Below, one piece after another: positions 36,824-45,850 of a DNA stretch of 64,000 nucleotides. Each line of letters starts with the position of its first letter. Position 1 is the first letter of the stretch. The notes beneath the pieces were generated by a model that saw only the letters and a program-made list of their open reading frames with translations, was not told where the DNA came from and did not search any database. Source of the stretch: an uncultured Gammaproteobacteria bacterium. Its GTDB lineage: Bacteria; Patescibacteriota; Patescibacteriia; Patescibacteriales; Patescibacteriaceae. The stretch spans positions 45,162-109,161 of the forward strand of contig CAYOAH010000001.1 in the NCBI GenBank assembly GCA_964401905.1, read 5' to 3'. The position numbers and the translations under genes are program-made.

Positions 36824-37771
36824 TTAAGCAATTCTTTGAGCAGCGCGCAACTTGGCGCTGCGTGATCGCGGGTTAGCCGCGATTTCGGCCGGACTGGCCG
36901 TTACTGGATGACGATAAATTATTTTTAAGCGTGCGTGGTGGCCGCATTGGCAGATAGGAAATTCGGGTGGGCAGAGGCAGTCCTTGCTCTCTTTTAAGAA
37001 AAACTGCTTAACCAGACGATCTTCCAAGCTATGGAAGCTCACTGCGGCAATGCGGCCGCTTAGGCACAACAAGCCAAGGGATTGGTCAAGAACGGCTGAC
37101 AAATTGTCCAGTTCTTGATTGGTGGCGATACGTAGGGCTTGAAACAGTTTGGTGGCGGGATGCTGCCGGCTTTTAGCCAAATACTTTGCTGGCAGCGTGG
37201 TTTGGACTATTTCTACTAATTCTTGACTGGTAGTAAATGGCTGACGGCCACGACGACGGACAATTGCTTTAGCTAATGGTCCAGCCCAAGGTTCTTCGCC
37301 ATATTCACTGATAATTCGCCTTAATTCACTTTCGGTCCAATGATTGACAATTTCCGAAGTTGATAGCGGACTATTCGGACCAAAAGCCATATCTAACGGA
37401 CCTTCCTGGTTAAAAGAAAATCCCCGACTACGATCAGCTAATTGAGCTGATGACAGACCTAAGTCCAAAACCAGGCCGTCAAACAGTCCATCAATCCGTC
37501 TTTCAGCCAGAGCTGTCGATAGATTGGCGAAATTATCATTAATCAAAAGAACATTACTTAATTTTTCTTGGGACAACTTTTCTTGCGCGGCGGCGATGGC
37601 CAATGGGTCAAGATCAAATCCGACTACCAGCCCTTGCGGACCAACCGCTTTGGCCAAAGCCGCGGTATAGCCGGCTCCACCCAAAGTGGCATCAATAAAA
37701 CGCTGTCCTGATTGTGGTTGTAAAACTGCTAAAACTTCTTCCAATAAAACTGGCTGATGCTGGTAATCCAT
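36824..37771 (-). CDS. rsmH: 16S rRNA (cytosine1402-N4)-methyltransferase
   Basis: HQPVLLEEVL, DATLGGAGY, DLGLSS and SFHSLEDR motifs. Confidence 0.95.
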   Translation of the reverse strand: MDYQHQPVLLEEVLAVLQPQSGQRFIDATLGGAGYTAALAKAVGPQGLVVGFDLDPLAIAAAQEKLSQEKLSNVLLINDNFANLSTALAERRIDGLFDGLVLDLGLSSAQLADRSRGFSFNQEGPLDMAFGPNSPLSTSEIVNHWTESELRRIISEYGEEPWAGPLAKAIVRRRGRQPFTTSQELVEIVQTTLPAKYLAKSRQHPATKLFQALRIATNQELDNLSAVLDQSLGLLCLSGRIAAVSFHSLEDRLVKQFFLKESKDCLCPPEFPICQCGHHARLKIIYRHPVTASPAEIAANPRSRSAKLRAAQRIA

Positions 37772-37774
37772 AGA

Positions 37775-38206
37775 TTACGGCAAATCATCCAGTGATTCGG
37801 CAATTGAACCGCTAGTCTTGTCATTATTAGACCGGTAAGCTTCCCAGCGGTCTTTGTCCCAGATTTCTAAACGATCGTAGAGACCGGCCACCACGGCTTG
37901 CTTGCGCAAGCTGGCGAATTGGCGCAGATATTCGGGCAGCACTACCCGTCCCTGCGCGTCACACTCTACTTCGCTGGCACCAGACAACATGAAACGGGCA
38001 AAGGCCCGCTGGTTAGCCTTGTTAAATGACAATTGGCTCAATTTGCTAGAAACTAATTCCTCCCAAGCGGCTTTAGTATACAAAAACAGACAGTCATCCA
38101 ACCCCTTGGTGACAACTGCCCCTTTTTTCAAATCGGCCCGGAACTTAGCCGGAATCGCTAAGCGGCCTTTCTCATCTAGATTGTGTTGGAATTCGCCGAT
38201 AAACAT
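37775..38206 (-). CDS. mraZ: Transcriptional regulator MraZ
   Basis: MFIGEFQHNLDEKGRLAIPAKFR and a second DAQGRVVLP repeat. The start is trimmed to ATG 38206. Confidence 0.9.
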   Translation of the reverse strand: MFIGEFQHNLDEKGRLAIPAKFRADLKKGAVVTKGLDDCLFLYTKAAWEELVSSKLSQLSFNKANQRAFARFMLSGASEVECDAQGRVVLPEYLRQFASLRKQAVVAGLYDRLEIWDKDRWEAYRSNNDKTSGSIAESLDDLP

Positions 38207-38236
38207 TGTTTGGGAGTTAGGTGGCGGTGTTAAGTA

Positions 38237-38264
38237 TTCACCACTCTTCACCACTTTTCACCAC
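38237..38264 (-). promoter_or_regulatory. Three direct GTGGTGAA boxes at 10-bp spacing (putative MraZ operator)
   Basis: The plus strand reads ttcaccac at 38237-38244, 38247-38254 and 38257-38264. The boxes lie between the predicted -10 and the mraZ ATG. Confidence 0.6.
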
Positions 38265-38271
38265 ATTGACA

Positions 38272-38300
38272 ATTATAGGCTTTTTTAAAAAAGCCGTCAA
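38272..38300 (-). promoter_or_regulatory. Pmra-like sigma70 promoter
   Basis: On the minus strand: TTGACG (38295-38300), 17-nt spacer, TATAAT (38272-38277). The spacer is the palindrome ggcttttttaaaaaagcc. Confidence 0.6.
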
Positions 38301-38351
38301 GTCTTTTGACTTGCTAAAATAATGGCTAATTATAAACAAAAAAATCATTAC

Positions 38352-38374
38352 AAAAAACACCCTAATTAGGGTGC
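38352..38374 (-). terminator. Rho-independent terminator after the tsaB-like gene
   Basis: Perfect palindrome CACCCTAATTAGGGTG (38358-38373), followed on the minus strand by TTTTTT. Confidence 0.6.
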
Positions 38375-38428
38375 TTGATAATCAGCTGTGGAAAATTTGT
38401 GTTCAGTAAAGAATAGGCCTAAAACGCC

Positions 38429-38806
38429 TTATTTAACCACCTTCTTAATCGTAATATTGGGCTGACCGGAATATTCTGGCTCAACAATTTGATAACCATC
38501 ACTCTGTAGTGCCTGGCCGCTGATCCCCACCACTGATAAACCTAAGGCATAGGCCAGAGCATTAGCTGTGACGACGCCAATCCGCAAGGAAGTAAAACTA
38601 CCGCCCTGATTAGCCACCTGAATAGCACTTAAATCCGACCAGCTCAACTTCTGCTCAGTTAATAACTCCAAAATACCCGGTAGTAATTGTTCGGCCTGCT
38701 GGCGATCACCGGCCCAAAAACGCTCAGTGATTAGCTTGTCAGCCTGCTTAATGGCCACTCTGACGCCCGCCTGAGAAACAGTATCAATAAATAATTGGTA
38801 TTTCAT
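38429..38806 (-). CDS. TsaB/YeaZ-like protein, N-terminal half only (125 aa)
   Basis: IDTVSQAGVRVAI..., LSWSDLSAIQVANQGGSFTSLRIGVVTANALAYALGL resembles the TsaB N-terminal domain. Confidence 0.6.
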   Translation of the reverse strand: MKYQLFIDTVSQAGVRVAIKQADKLITERFWAGDRQQAEQLLPGILELLTEQKLSWSDLSAIQVANQGGSFTSLRIGVVTANALAYALGLSVVGISGQALQSDGYQIVEPEYSGQPNITIKKVVK

Positions 38807-38830
38807 AGTCTTATTGTAAAGAATCTATTC

Positions 38831-38892
38831 AAAAAAATAAAGGCCCAGGTCTTATTCTTTCAGCGGTTAGACTGATTAAATAAGACCGGGCC
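38831..38892 (-). terminator. Long hairpin terminator after the PKD lipoprotein gene
   Basis: Arms GGCCCAGGTCTTATT (38842-38856) and AATAAGACCGGGCC (38879-38892), with one bulge. A T-run follows on the minus strand (38831-38837). Confidence 0.5.
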
Positions 38893-38907
38893 CAGAGGAA
38901 GTTTTGG

Positions 38908-40077
38908 TTAGTATTGAGTCGGGCGGACTTCCCAACCGCCCTTACCACCGTCAATTGGTAAGAGGTAAAATTCCAACCAACCGTCGGCGGGGACCCAGTA
39001 TTTACTGTTGGTCATGTCCGCCAGGTCATTAATGTTATGACCGTAACGGATCTTAACTGGATTATCATTGAGGGCCGATAGTGGTAAAACCACCTCAGCC
39101 CAGCCGGAGAAAAAAGACGATACTTGCAGCGGTTGGCGATTGTGGTCGCCGTTAGCTGCTGTGTATTCCAACCAGGCACCCCCGTCAAAATTTTGTAACC
39201 GGTCAAGGTTACAGAAAAATTTAAGGGAGTCCTGCCCGGCGGTTATCCGTAGGGTTGCCGGAGTATTGTCACCTATTAATCCCGGTAGTTGGGCAATATT
39301 ACCACCGACCGGCAGGAGTTGCCCGGCGGTCAGAGAGAAATGCAAATTACCGCCGCCGTCTTCGGCGACGAAATAGGCACTCTCGCTAATGTTAGCCCAA
39401 TTCCATTGGGCTGGCGGCTGACCATTAATGAAATTTCCCCCATAGTTGAGGAAAACATCATTCTGGTCCCAACAGGTGATAGTGACGACAAGTCGGCCAC
39501 TCTCCTGCTGGTTGATCAACTGCACCCAGCTGTAACCGGCGACTGGGTTGGTGATAACCACCCCACTCGGTTGACCAGTGATGAATGGGTTTGCACCACT
39601 TCCGCCAGAATAGGCGGAAGTCGCCAAACCCAAACGATAAGTCCACTTCCCCGAATTCTCCTGACTCGAGGACAACAAGACTAATACGTCGTCACTGGGC
39701 GGAGCTGATGGCTGGTAGACCCGCACCGACCTAGCGTAGGTGTTACTACCCCCATTTGAGTAAGCAACGACTACCGAGGCCGTGAAGGTTCCCGTGGCAA
39801 TATACCGATGCTCAGTCTGAGCAAAGGTAGTATTAACCACCTGGGTGCCGTCACCGAAATTCCATTGATAGGACACCGGGGAACTACCGGCAACATTGAC
39901 CGAAAAGAGAGCATAAATATTGACCAATAAAGAGTCAACATTCTTGCCGTTCTGGGTCAGCTTGATGCCGGTGTCGTCCGGCGGGATGCTGGGGACGGTC
40001 GGCATGTCGGAACATGCCGCCAAAAAAACCATGGCCAGCATTGCTGCCAGCCCGAAAAAGAGAACTCTCCTTTTCAT
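38908..40077 (-). CDS. PKD-domain lipoprotein
   Basis: Lipobox MKRRVLFFGLAAMLAMVFLAAC. PKD signature YQWNFGDGT. AAGGAG Shine-Dalgarno. Confidence 0.7.
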   Translation of the reverse strand: MKRRVLFFGLAAMLAMVFLAACSDMPTVPSIPPDDTGIKLTQNGKNVDSLLVNIYALFSVNVAGSSPVSYQWNFGDGTQVVNTTFAQTEHRYIATGTFTASVVVAYSNGGSNTYARSVRVYQPSAPPSDDVLVLLSSSQENSGKWTYRLGLATSAYSGGSGANPFITGQPSGVVITNPVAGYSWVQLINQQESGRLVVTITCWDQNDVFLNYGGNFINGQPPAQWNWANISESAYFVAEDGGGNLHFSLTAGQLLPVGGNIAQLPGLIGDNTPATLRITAGQDSLKFFCNLDRLQNFDGGAWLEYTAANGDHNRQPLQVSSFFSGWAEVVLPLSALNDNPVKIRYGHNINDLADMTNSKYWVPADGWLEFYLLPIDGGKGGWEVRPTQY

Positions 40078-40191
40078 TTTTTACTCCTTCGCCCCCGTAG
40101 GGGCTTCTTTTGTTTATTTTTTTGTTAAAGTGCTGACTTACGCCAGCCGACGAGTTATTATGATTAACTAGCCGTCGGCTGACCCCAAACC

Positions 40192-41301
40192 TTAAGCTTG
40201 GGACAGCTGATATATCTTTAAAGTACTGATGGTAATGTTTTGCCAATTATACTCGCTATTAACCCGATTCTGCGCTTGCTTAGCTATTTCTTGACCAGCT
40301 TTAGGATCATCCAGCCACTGCTGTAATTTAACGGTCAAACCAGCCACATCTTTATTGGTAAATGACCAACCATAGCCGCCAACCGCTTCTAAATTTTCAG
40401 GAATATCACTAACCAAGACCGGCAAGCCATAAGCCATCGCCTCCAGTAAAGCCACTGACAGGCCTTCTGATTCAGATGGCTGGACAAATAAACCAGCTTG
40501 ACTGAATAATTGCGCTAAATTGTCACCAGACTGTTCGCCAGCGAAGATAATCCGCGCATCATCAGCTGCTAAATTCTTGAGCTCAGCAACATAGTCATCA
40601 GTGTGAGCGGCAGCGCCGACAATCACCAAATTATGGTCACTTTTAATATTCTTAAAGGCCTTGATTAAGTGCTGCAAACCTTTGTGGCGCACCAGGCGAG
40701 AAACCGCCAAAATATATTTCTGCGGACGCAAGCCTAGGTCTGACAGAATAACAGCATTATCGCCATGGCCAGTAAGAGCTACTCCATTGGGCACATAACT
40801 GGCTTGGCGACCATAAGTCTTGGCAATATAATCAACCAATCCATGAGAAACAGCAATCACTTCATCAGCCAATCGGCAACCAATCATTTCCCCGAGCCGT
40901 AAATACCAGCGTGCCAACCGACCCCATTTTTGATGATAATAGTCTTGGCAATGAAAGGTAAAGACGATCTTGGTTTTAGGTTTGAACAGCTTGACTAACC
41001 ATAGCAACGAAGCCGGACCGATTGCTTGAAAGTGAATTACATCAGCGCGACGAAACAAGACATCCAAACTGCACAACAAAGTATGGCTAAAAGCGTCCAA
41101 GTGCTTAGTCGGCAATGACGGTCGACTAATTAGCTGAACACCCTGATAGGCGGTCAATTTTTTATCGGTATAGTTAGGCCGGGTATAAACAAAGACTTCT
41201 TGACCTTGTTTGACCAAATTAATGGTCAAAGCTTCAACATGTTTTTCTACGCCGCCGCTCTTAGCCGGTATTCCTTTTTGTCCGATAAAATAAATTTTCA
41301 T
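40192..41301 (-). CDS. GT4-family glycosyltransferase
   Basis: GGVEKHVEAL N-terminus and a C-terminal SESEGLSVALLEAMAYGLPVLVSD (E-x7-E region). Confidence 0.85.
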   Translation of the reverse strand: MKIYFIGQKGIPAKSGGVEKHVEALTINLVKQGQEVFVYTRPNYTDKKLTAYQGVQLISRPSLPTKHLDAFSHTLLCSLDVLFRRADVIHFQAIGPASLLWLVKLFKPKTKIVFTFHCQDYYHQKWGRLARWYLRLGEMIGCRLADEVIAVSHGLVDYIAKTYGRQASYVPNGVALTGHGDNAVILSDLGLRPQKYILAVSRLVRHKGLQHLIKAFKNIKSDHNLVIVGAAAHTDDYVAELKNLAADDARIIFAGEQSGDNLAQLFSQAGLFVQPSESEGLSVALLEAMAYGLPVLVSDIPENLEAVGGYGWSFTNKDVAGLTVKLQQWLDDPKAGQEIAKQAQNRVNSEYNWQNITISTLKIYQLSQA

Positions 41302-41333
41302 ACACGATTTGAGAATTAAAAGATACTTAGTCT

Positions 41334-42665
41334 TTAATTTTCAATCTGAAAGCTGATGCTATAAGTTTTTTTACTAGTTTGTCCAACAACCTTGATATCG
41401 GTTGGCAATGGATTTTGTGTATAAGCTGTCTGGTTAGCAATAGCTGGCACGGTTAAAATCTTTTGAAAACGGCCAAAGCTATCGGTAGTTACAGTAGATG
41501 TCGCCTGTTGATTGCTTAAAAATTTAATTTCTAAGTTCTCATTAGCAGCAAAACCGGTGCCGCGCAAAGAAATTTGGCTGTCAACAGCTGCCCGGTTCTT
41601 GTCTAAATTCAACATTAGCGGCTCGCTAAAGGCCGGCTGACTATCTGAACGATTCTCGGTGGAATGAAAATTGGCCACCTTCTTAAGCTGATCATTCAAA
41701 ACACTAATAGTGCCATTATTAAAGACGATTAAGTGATCACGGCCTTGCCAATTAATCAAACGCAAGCCCATAGACCAACCATCAGCGGCGCCCATGTCTT
41801 TAACATAAACCCATTTATCTGGCTGCAAGCTGCCCTTAATCAAACGAACAACACCGACGCCATCGCTCAAATAAACTTTCTGGCCGTCAGTAGATGGCAC
41901 CATGTCATAACCGTTATTGGCAGTAAAACGGAAGCTATTAATTAAGTTACCATTAAAATCAAACTGCTTAGCCGCCCAATCATCAGCCACAAAAATGGAA
42001 CTGCTGTTTTGATCATTATAAATCTGACGATTACCTTTTTCTTTAATAGTTAGGCTGACGCTCTTAGTCCACTGCCGATCCTGCAGGTTATACATTTTTA
42101 GCTGATCATTATCAACAGCTAATAAGAAATCGCGGCTCAAAGCATAATTAAAAGGATTGTCCAGTTGGACCGCCAAACTGTCAACGACCTGTAAATCATT
42201 ATTCCAAACTTTCAGACCCTTGGTGCCGACAGTTACTAGACGACCATTGGAAACGCCAACTGATCTAAACCAGTCCCAAGAATTGTCTTTAATTTTGTTA
42301 ACTAATTCCGGCTGGCTGGGATTGCTGACATTATACTTATATAAATAACGGCCGTTAACGGCATACAAATATAGCGCACCGCTTTCTTGATTAAAGGCGC
42401 AATTATAAAAATTATCGCCCGGTAGATAGCCGGTTTTATCCGGAGCTAGTTCCGCCAATAAATTAATCCGCTGATCATTGGCCTCCATGACCTGCAAACG
42501 ATCCATATTAGTGGAAGCAATCAATAACCGGCCGCGATAATTGACGGCATCGCCTTGATAATAAGGCTTGACTCGTCCCTGGCTAAATGGAGCAATGATA
42601 ATAATAGCCGCCAAGACCAGCCAAACCGGCCATAAATTAATCAATTTTTTCTTAAAGTTAGACAT
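41334..42665 (-). CDS. Secreted beta-propeller-like protein (LVIVD-repeat-like) with a C-terminal Ig-like segment
   Basis: Signal anchor at ATG 42665. LYLYAVNGRYLYKYNVSNPSQPELV resembles LVIVD repeats. The call is tentative. Confidence 0.45.
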   Translation of the reverse strand: MSNFKKKLINLWPVWLVLAAIIIIAPFSQGRVKPYYQGDAVNYRGRLLIASTNMDRLQVMEANDQRINLLAELAPDKTGYLPGDNFYNCAFNQESGALYLYAVNGRYLYKYNVSNPSQPELVNKIKDNSWDWFRSVGVSNGRLVTVGTKGLKVWNNDLQVVDSLAVQLDNPFNYALSRDFLLAVDNDQLKMYNLQDRQWTKSVSLTIKEKGNRQIYNDQNSSSIFVADDWAAKQFDFNGNLINSFRFTANNGYDMVPSTDGQKVYLSDGVGVVRLIKGSLQPDKWVYVKDMGAADGWSMGLRLINWQGRDHLIVFNNGTISVLNDQLKKVANFHSTENRSDSQPAFSEPLMLNLDKNRAAVDSQISLRGTGFAANENLEIKFLSNQQATSTVTTDSFGRFQKILTVPAIANQTAYTQNPLPTDIKVVGQTSKKTYSISFQIEN

Positions 42666-42765
42666 AAAATACGTTAAATTTAAATCAATCAACGTCACCA
42701 CAAAGATGACTTAGTATCTTAACATATTTGATTTGAATAGTCAAGAGGTGCTCTCCCGCAATCGA

Positions 42766-43845
42766 TTACTGTTCTAGCCAATTCTGGACCTCACCCTGGC
42801 CTTTAGATCGGCTATCATAGTCTAGGTTAGTTGATAGCGCTGGCAGACGGCCGCGCCAAACTTTTTCTGACCAACTATCATCAACCCGCCACTCACCTTC
42901 TTTAATCAACGGTATTACGCGGCCGACCATCTCAGCGGTTGGGTTAAGAGAAACATAAAAATTAACTTGTTTTTTGGGTGCTTCATCCGGCCACTGGCTA
43001 ATTCGCCAATTAACCTTGCGATTGGCAACATCGTAACTAAGATTACCGCCAGTCAAGCCAGCCTCGCCTTGCCAAACAACATTATCGGCTAATTGGGCTG
43101 AAAACTGCATGTCGGTCAAATCACCACCAGCGTTTTCCAACGACCAAGTAATTAGATAACTGGTTGGCAAACCGACAATCGGCGGCAAAGGGCCGATGCC
43201 GACTTGGTCGCCATCATTGGTATAAAAATAAGCGCCAGCTGTCGCCTGAACCGCTCCCGATTTCTTAAAAACAAACTCCTGATCTGGCTTAAGCCATATT
43301 TGACTGGCTAGACCGGCCTGCAGGCGGCAGATAACCTGAATCTCTTTGCTAGTCGCCGCCGGCTGAGCTGACCACAGCCAACTGACTGTCAGTTGCCCTG
43401 ACTGGCCTGCGGCCAATTCAGTGGTTAATTGACCATCGGGCCAAGTAAAGCTAGCATCAGAAACATCTTTAAGCGGCAGCTGTTGCTGAGAACCGCCATA
43501 ATGGCAAGAATAAGCAATATTAATCGGCTGATCGGCTAGATTAGCGTAATTGATATCAGCCACCAATTGATTGGTTTCTTTATTAATCACTGTCGGACGA
43601 AATTTAATTTGCCACTCTAACGGCATCTCCTTATAATGAGCCACTTGTCGACTGGTTGACCGCAGATTAGACCAAAAGCGCCCATCCAAGGAAACCGCTG
43701 AATTCTTAATTAACAATAATAAAATAAGCAATATAAAGACCAAGAGAACCGCGCCGGCATCAAAAACTATCCGCCAATATCCACGGGTATAAAATCGTTG
43801 ATAGCGCCGCTGCCAAATGGTAATTATTTTTCTAATCATAGCCAT
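42766..43845 (-). CDS. Membrane-anchored extracytoplasmic hypothetical protein
   Basis: The upstream stop at 43856 sets the start at ATG 43845 or 43839. TM segment AGAVLLVFILLILLLLI. No motif recognised. Confidence 0.45.
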   Translation of the reverse strand: MAMIRKIITIWQRRYQRFYTRGYWRIVFDAGAVLLVFILLILLLLIKNSAVSLDGRFWSNLRSTSRQVAHYKEMPLEWQIKFRPTVINKETNQLVADINYANLADQPINIAYSCHYGGSQQQLPLKDVSDASFTWPDGQLTTELAAGQSGQLTVSWLWSAQPAATSKEIQVICRLQAGLASQIWLKPDQEFVFKKSGAVQATAGAYFYTNDGDQVGIGPLPPIVGLPTSYLITWSLENAGGDLTDMQFSAQLADNVVWQGEAGLTGGNLSYDVANRKVNWRISQWPDEAPKKQVNFYVSLNPTAEMVGRVIPLIKEGEWRVDDSWSEKVWRGRLPALSTNLDYDSRSKGQGEVQNWLEQ

Positions 43846-43855
43846 AATTATAGCA

Positions 43856-45850
43856 TTAATTGCGTTGGCCGACCAATATTTCACCGCGGCCATCACCGTT
43901 AATATCATTAATCATTACCTGATAACCGGTCTTAGCCTCATCTTTGAAGGCCTGGAATTGACCCAGCAACTTGCCGTAACGATTAAAGATGCGCACTTGC
44001 GGACCGCCGCCGATGCTCGCCACTGCCACGATTTCCGACTCGCCATCGCCACTGATATCACCAATAGCTGTGCTGACACCGCCGCGGAACTTCTGATCAA
44101 AGGCTAACCAGGCTGGTGCTAATAATTTGCCAGAGTTAGAATAAAGCTTAATTAGCGGCTCCATACCGCCCTGCGGAGTAACAGCAATCGCCATTTCGCC
44201 ACGATTATTCAACTGACCAGCCGAAACATTGACGCCGCCGCGGAACTTCTGATCAAAGGCTAACCACTCCGGACTTAATAGCTTGCCCTGATAATTATAA
44301 ATCCGCACCACCGGTTTCAGTCCTGACCCGGCGCCAATAATCAAATCAGCCTTCTTATTTGGCGGAGCATAAAGAGCAATGCTGGGACGACCTAAATATT
44401 GCTGACCAAACGGATACCATTTATAAATAATTTGGCCGCGCCGAGTAATCATCACTTCGTTGCGACGATTAATCGCCTGCTCCAGCCCACCTTGACCGTC
44501 CATATCAAACAAAATCGTTTGATCGCCACCGGCCAAGTTAGCTTGGTAGGCAAAAAAACCATTACGCACTGATTGGCCGCGTTGATCAAAAACCCTAACA
44601 AAACCGCCATTATAGAAAGTCTGACTGGTAATCTTTAAATCCCGTTTGAGCAAAATTAAGCCATCATTGGGTTCTAATAGTAAATAATTAACTCGCTGAC
44701 CATTATTAATCAACGGCGCTTGGCTACCGCGAATCTTTTCTAATTCTTCTTTATTTAAAGAATACAGCTGACGCTTATTGGTTGAATTAACCACAGCCAC
44801 GCCATAATCAAAATCACGACGCCAGAGGCCAGCCTGAATCTTGTTATTATTGGGCGCTAATAAATTATATGGTCCAGAAGTCGGCTGCCCCAGCTTCACT
44901 GAATATTCGTCATACCACCAAGTCTGTTCGTGGGCCTGATCGCCATGATCAAAAGAAAAATAGCCGTCACCGAGCAAGGTGCTCGCCAAGCCAAAACGCA
45001 TTTTTTGATAATTATTCTGTTGGCCGGTATTATTGGTGTTGCCATTAATAATATAAACTGACGGCTGGTAATTCTGTTTTGGCAAACGATTAAGATACTG
45101 CTCCATAGAGGCTGCCCAGGTGCCGCTATCTTCCCAATGCGCCGGAAAGGTTTCAAATATCCGGCCATTGATTGACGGCTGGTAAATCGGCAAAGAGCTG
45201 CCATTAATTAAAATTAACTTGTCTTTGCCCCAACATTGCCGAGCTGTTTTGAATAACCGAACCAAGCCCTGTTGCCAACTGGAATCTAGACTAGCCAGTG
45301 CATCAGCCCGACAATCGCCATCTAAATCAATACCATTTTGATTAAAACGACCCAAGCTATTTTCTACAGTGTCAAACATTAAGCCGTCCCATTTTTGACG
45401 ATCCAGCTCATTTTGCCAAAAACTTAAGTTCAAGTCGGTCCAAGCCGGTTTATTAATATTAACCGCATAAAGATTGGGCCACAGCTCCAATTTCTCGCCT
45501 CGGCCATTTCTTAACCATAAATCCTGCTCATCAACCTGCCTAAATAGACTGCTTAAGTTGCTGGTCATAGCCATGGCTGGATAAGTATAAGCCAAAACTT
45601 TTCCATCAGGGTTGGCTTGCTTATACTGCTCAAAAAAATTAGGAAAAGCCCATTGATAATCATTAGGGATAACCAATAAATCCCAGCGATACAGGCTGGT
45701 CAAATCAGCCGGTTGAACATGGCCGTAATACTTTAGGTAATAATTAGCCAGTCGCGGATAATCGGTTGATAAATTAACGGCCTGAGCCGAATTAATGGCT
45801 GTGCTGAAAAATAAACCAATCGCCAAAATTGTCCAAAAGTGTTTAATCAT
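43856..45850 (-). CDS. Secreted glycoside-hydrolase-like (GHL/GH114-like TIM barrel) domain fused to FG-GAP/VCBS repeats
   Basis: Signal peptide. N-terminal region (LANYYLKYY..., WDGLMFDTVEN) resembles putative GHL families. C-terminal repeats contain DISGDGESEIV and DINGDGRGEILVG. Confidence 0.55.
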   Translation of the reverse strand: MIKHFWTILAIGLFFSTAINSAQAVNLSTDYPRLANYYLKYYGHVQPADLTSLYRWDLLVIPNDYQWAFPNFFEQYKQANPDGKVLAYTYPAMAMTSNLSSLFRQVDEQDLWLRNGRGEKLELWPNLYAVNINKPAWTDLNLSFWQNELDRQKWDGLMFDTVENSLGRFNQNGIDLDGDCRADALASLDSSWQQGLVRLFKTARQCWGKDKLILINGSSLPIYQPSINGRIFETFPAHWEDSGTWAASMEQYLNRLPKQNYQPSVYIINGNTNNTGQQNNYQKMRFGLASTLLGDGYFSFDHGDQAHEQTWWYDEYSVKLGQPTSGPYNLLAPNNNKIQAGLWRRDFDYGVAVVNSTNKRQLYSLNKEELEKIRGSQAPLINNGQRVNYLLLEPNDGLILLKRDLKITSQTFYNGGFVRVFDQRGQSVRNGFFAYQANLAGGDQTILFDMDGQGGLEQAINRRNEVMITRRGQIIYKWYPFGQQYLGRPSIALYAPPNKKADLIIGAGSGLKPVVRIYNYQGKLLSPEWLAFDQKFRGGVNVSAGQLNNRGEMAIAVTPQGGMEPLIKLYSNSGKLLAPAWLAFDQKFRGGVSTAIGDISGDGESEIVAVASIGGGPQVRIFNRYGKLLGQFQAFKDEAKTGYQVMINDINGDGRGEILVGQRN
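44075..44266. repeat. Intragenic 36-nt near-identical direct repeat (period 156 nt)
   Basis: ccgccgcggaacttctgatcaaaggctaacca is identical at 44079-44110 and 44235-44266. It encodes WLAFDQKFRGG in two successive blades. Confidence 0.85.

Noticed and set aside
38237-38264. The 10-bp periodic repeats as a mini CRISPR array or satellite.
   Set aside because: There are only three 8-bp units with 2-bp spacers, sitting exactly between a consensus promoter and mraZ. That fits an MraZ operator, not CRISPR.
38278-38294. The palindrome ggcttttttaaaaaagcc as a bidirectional terminator.
   Set aside because: It is exactly the 17-nt spacer between a TTGACG -35 and a TATAAT -10 for mraZ. The real terminator for the upstream gene is the CACCCTAATTAGGGTG hairpin at 38358-38373.
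39935-40246. A 103-aa ORF bridging the spacer between the PKD gene and the GT4 gene.
   Set aside because: It overlaps the ends of two well-supported genes, has a basic low-complexity translation and contains the hairpins interpreted as regulatory or terminator elements.
44075-44266. The near-identical 36-nt repeat as a template/variable repeat pair of a diversity-generating retroelement.
   Set aside because: Both copies are in frame within one gene and encode successive propeller blades. The single difference is not part of an adenine-specific pattern, and no reverse transcriptase is present in the window.
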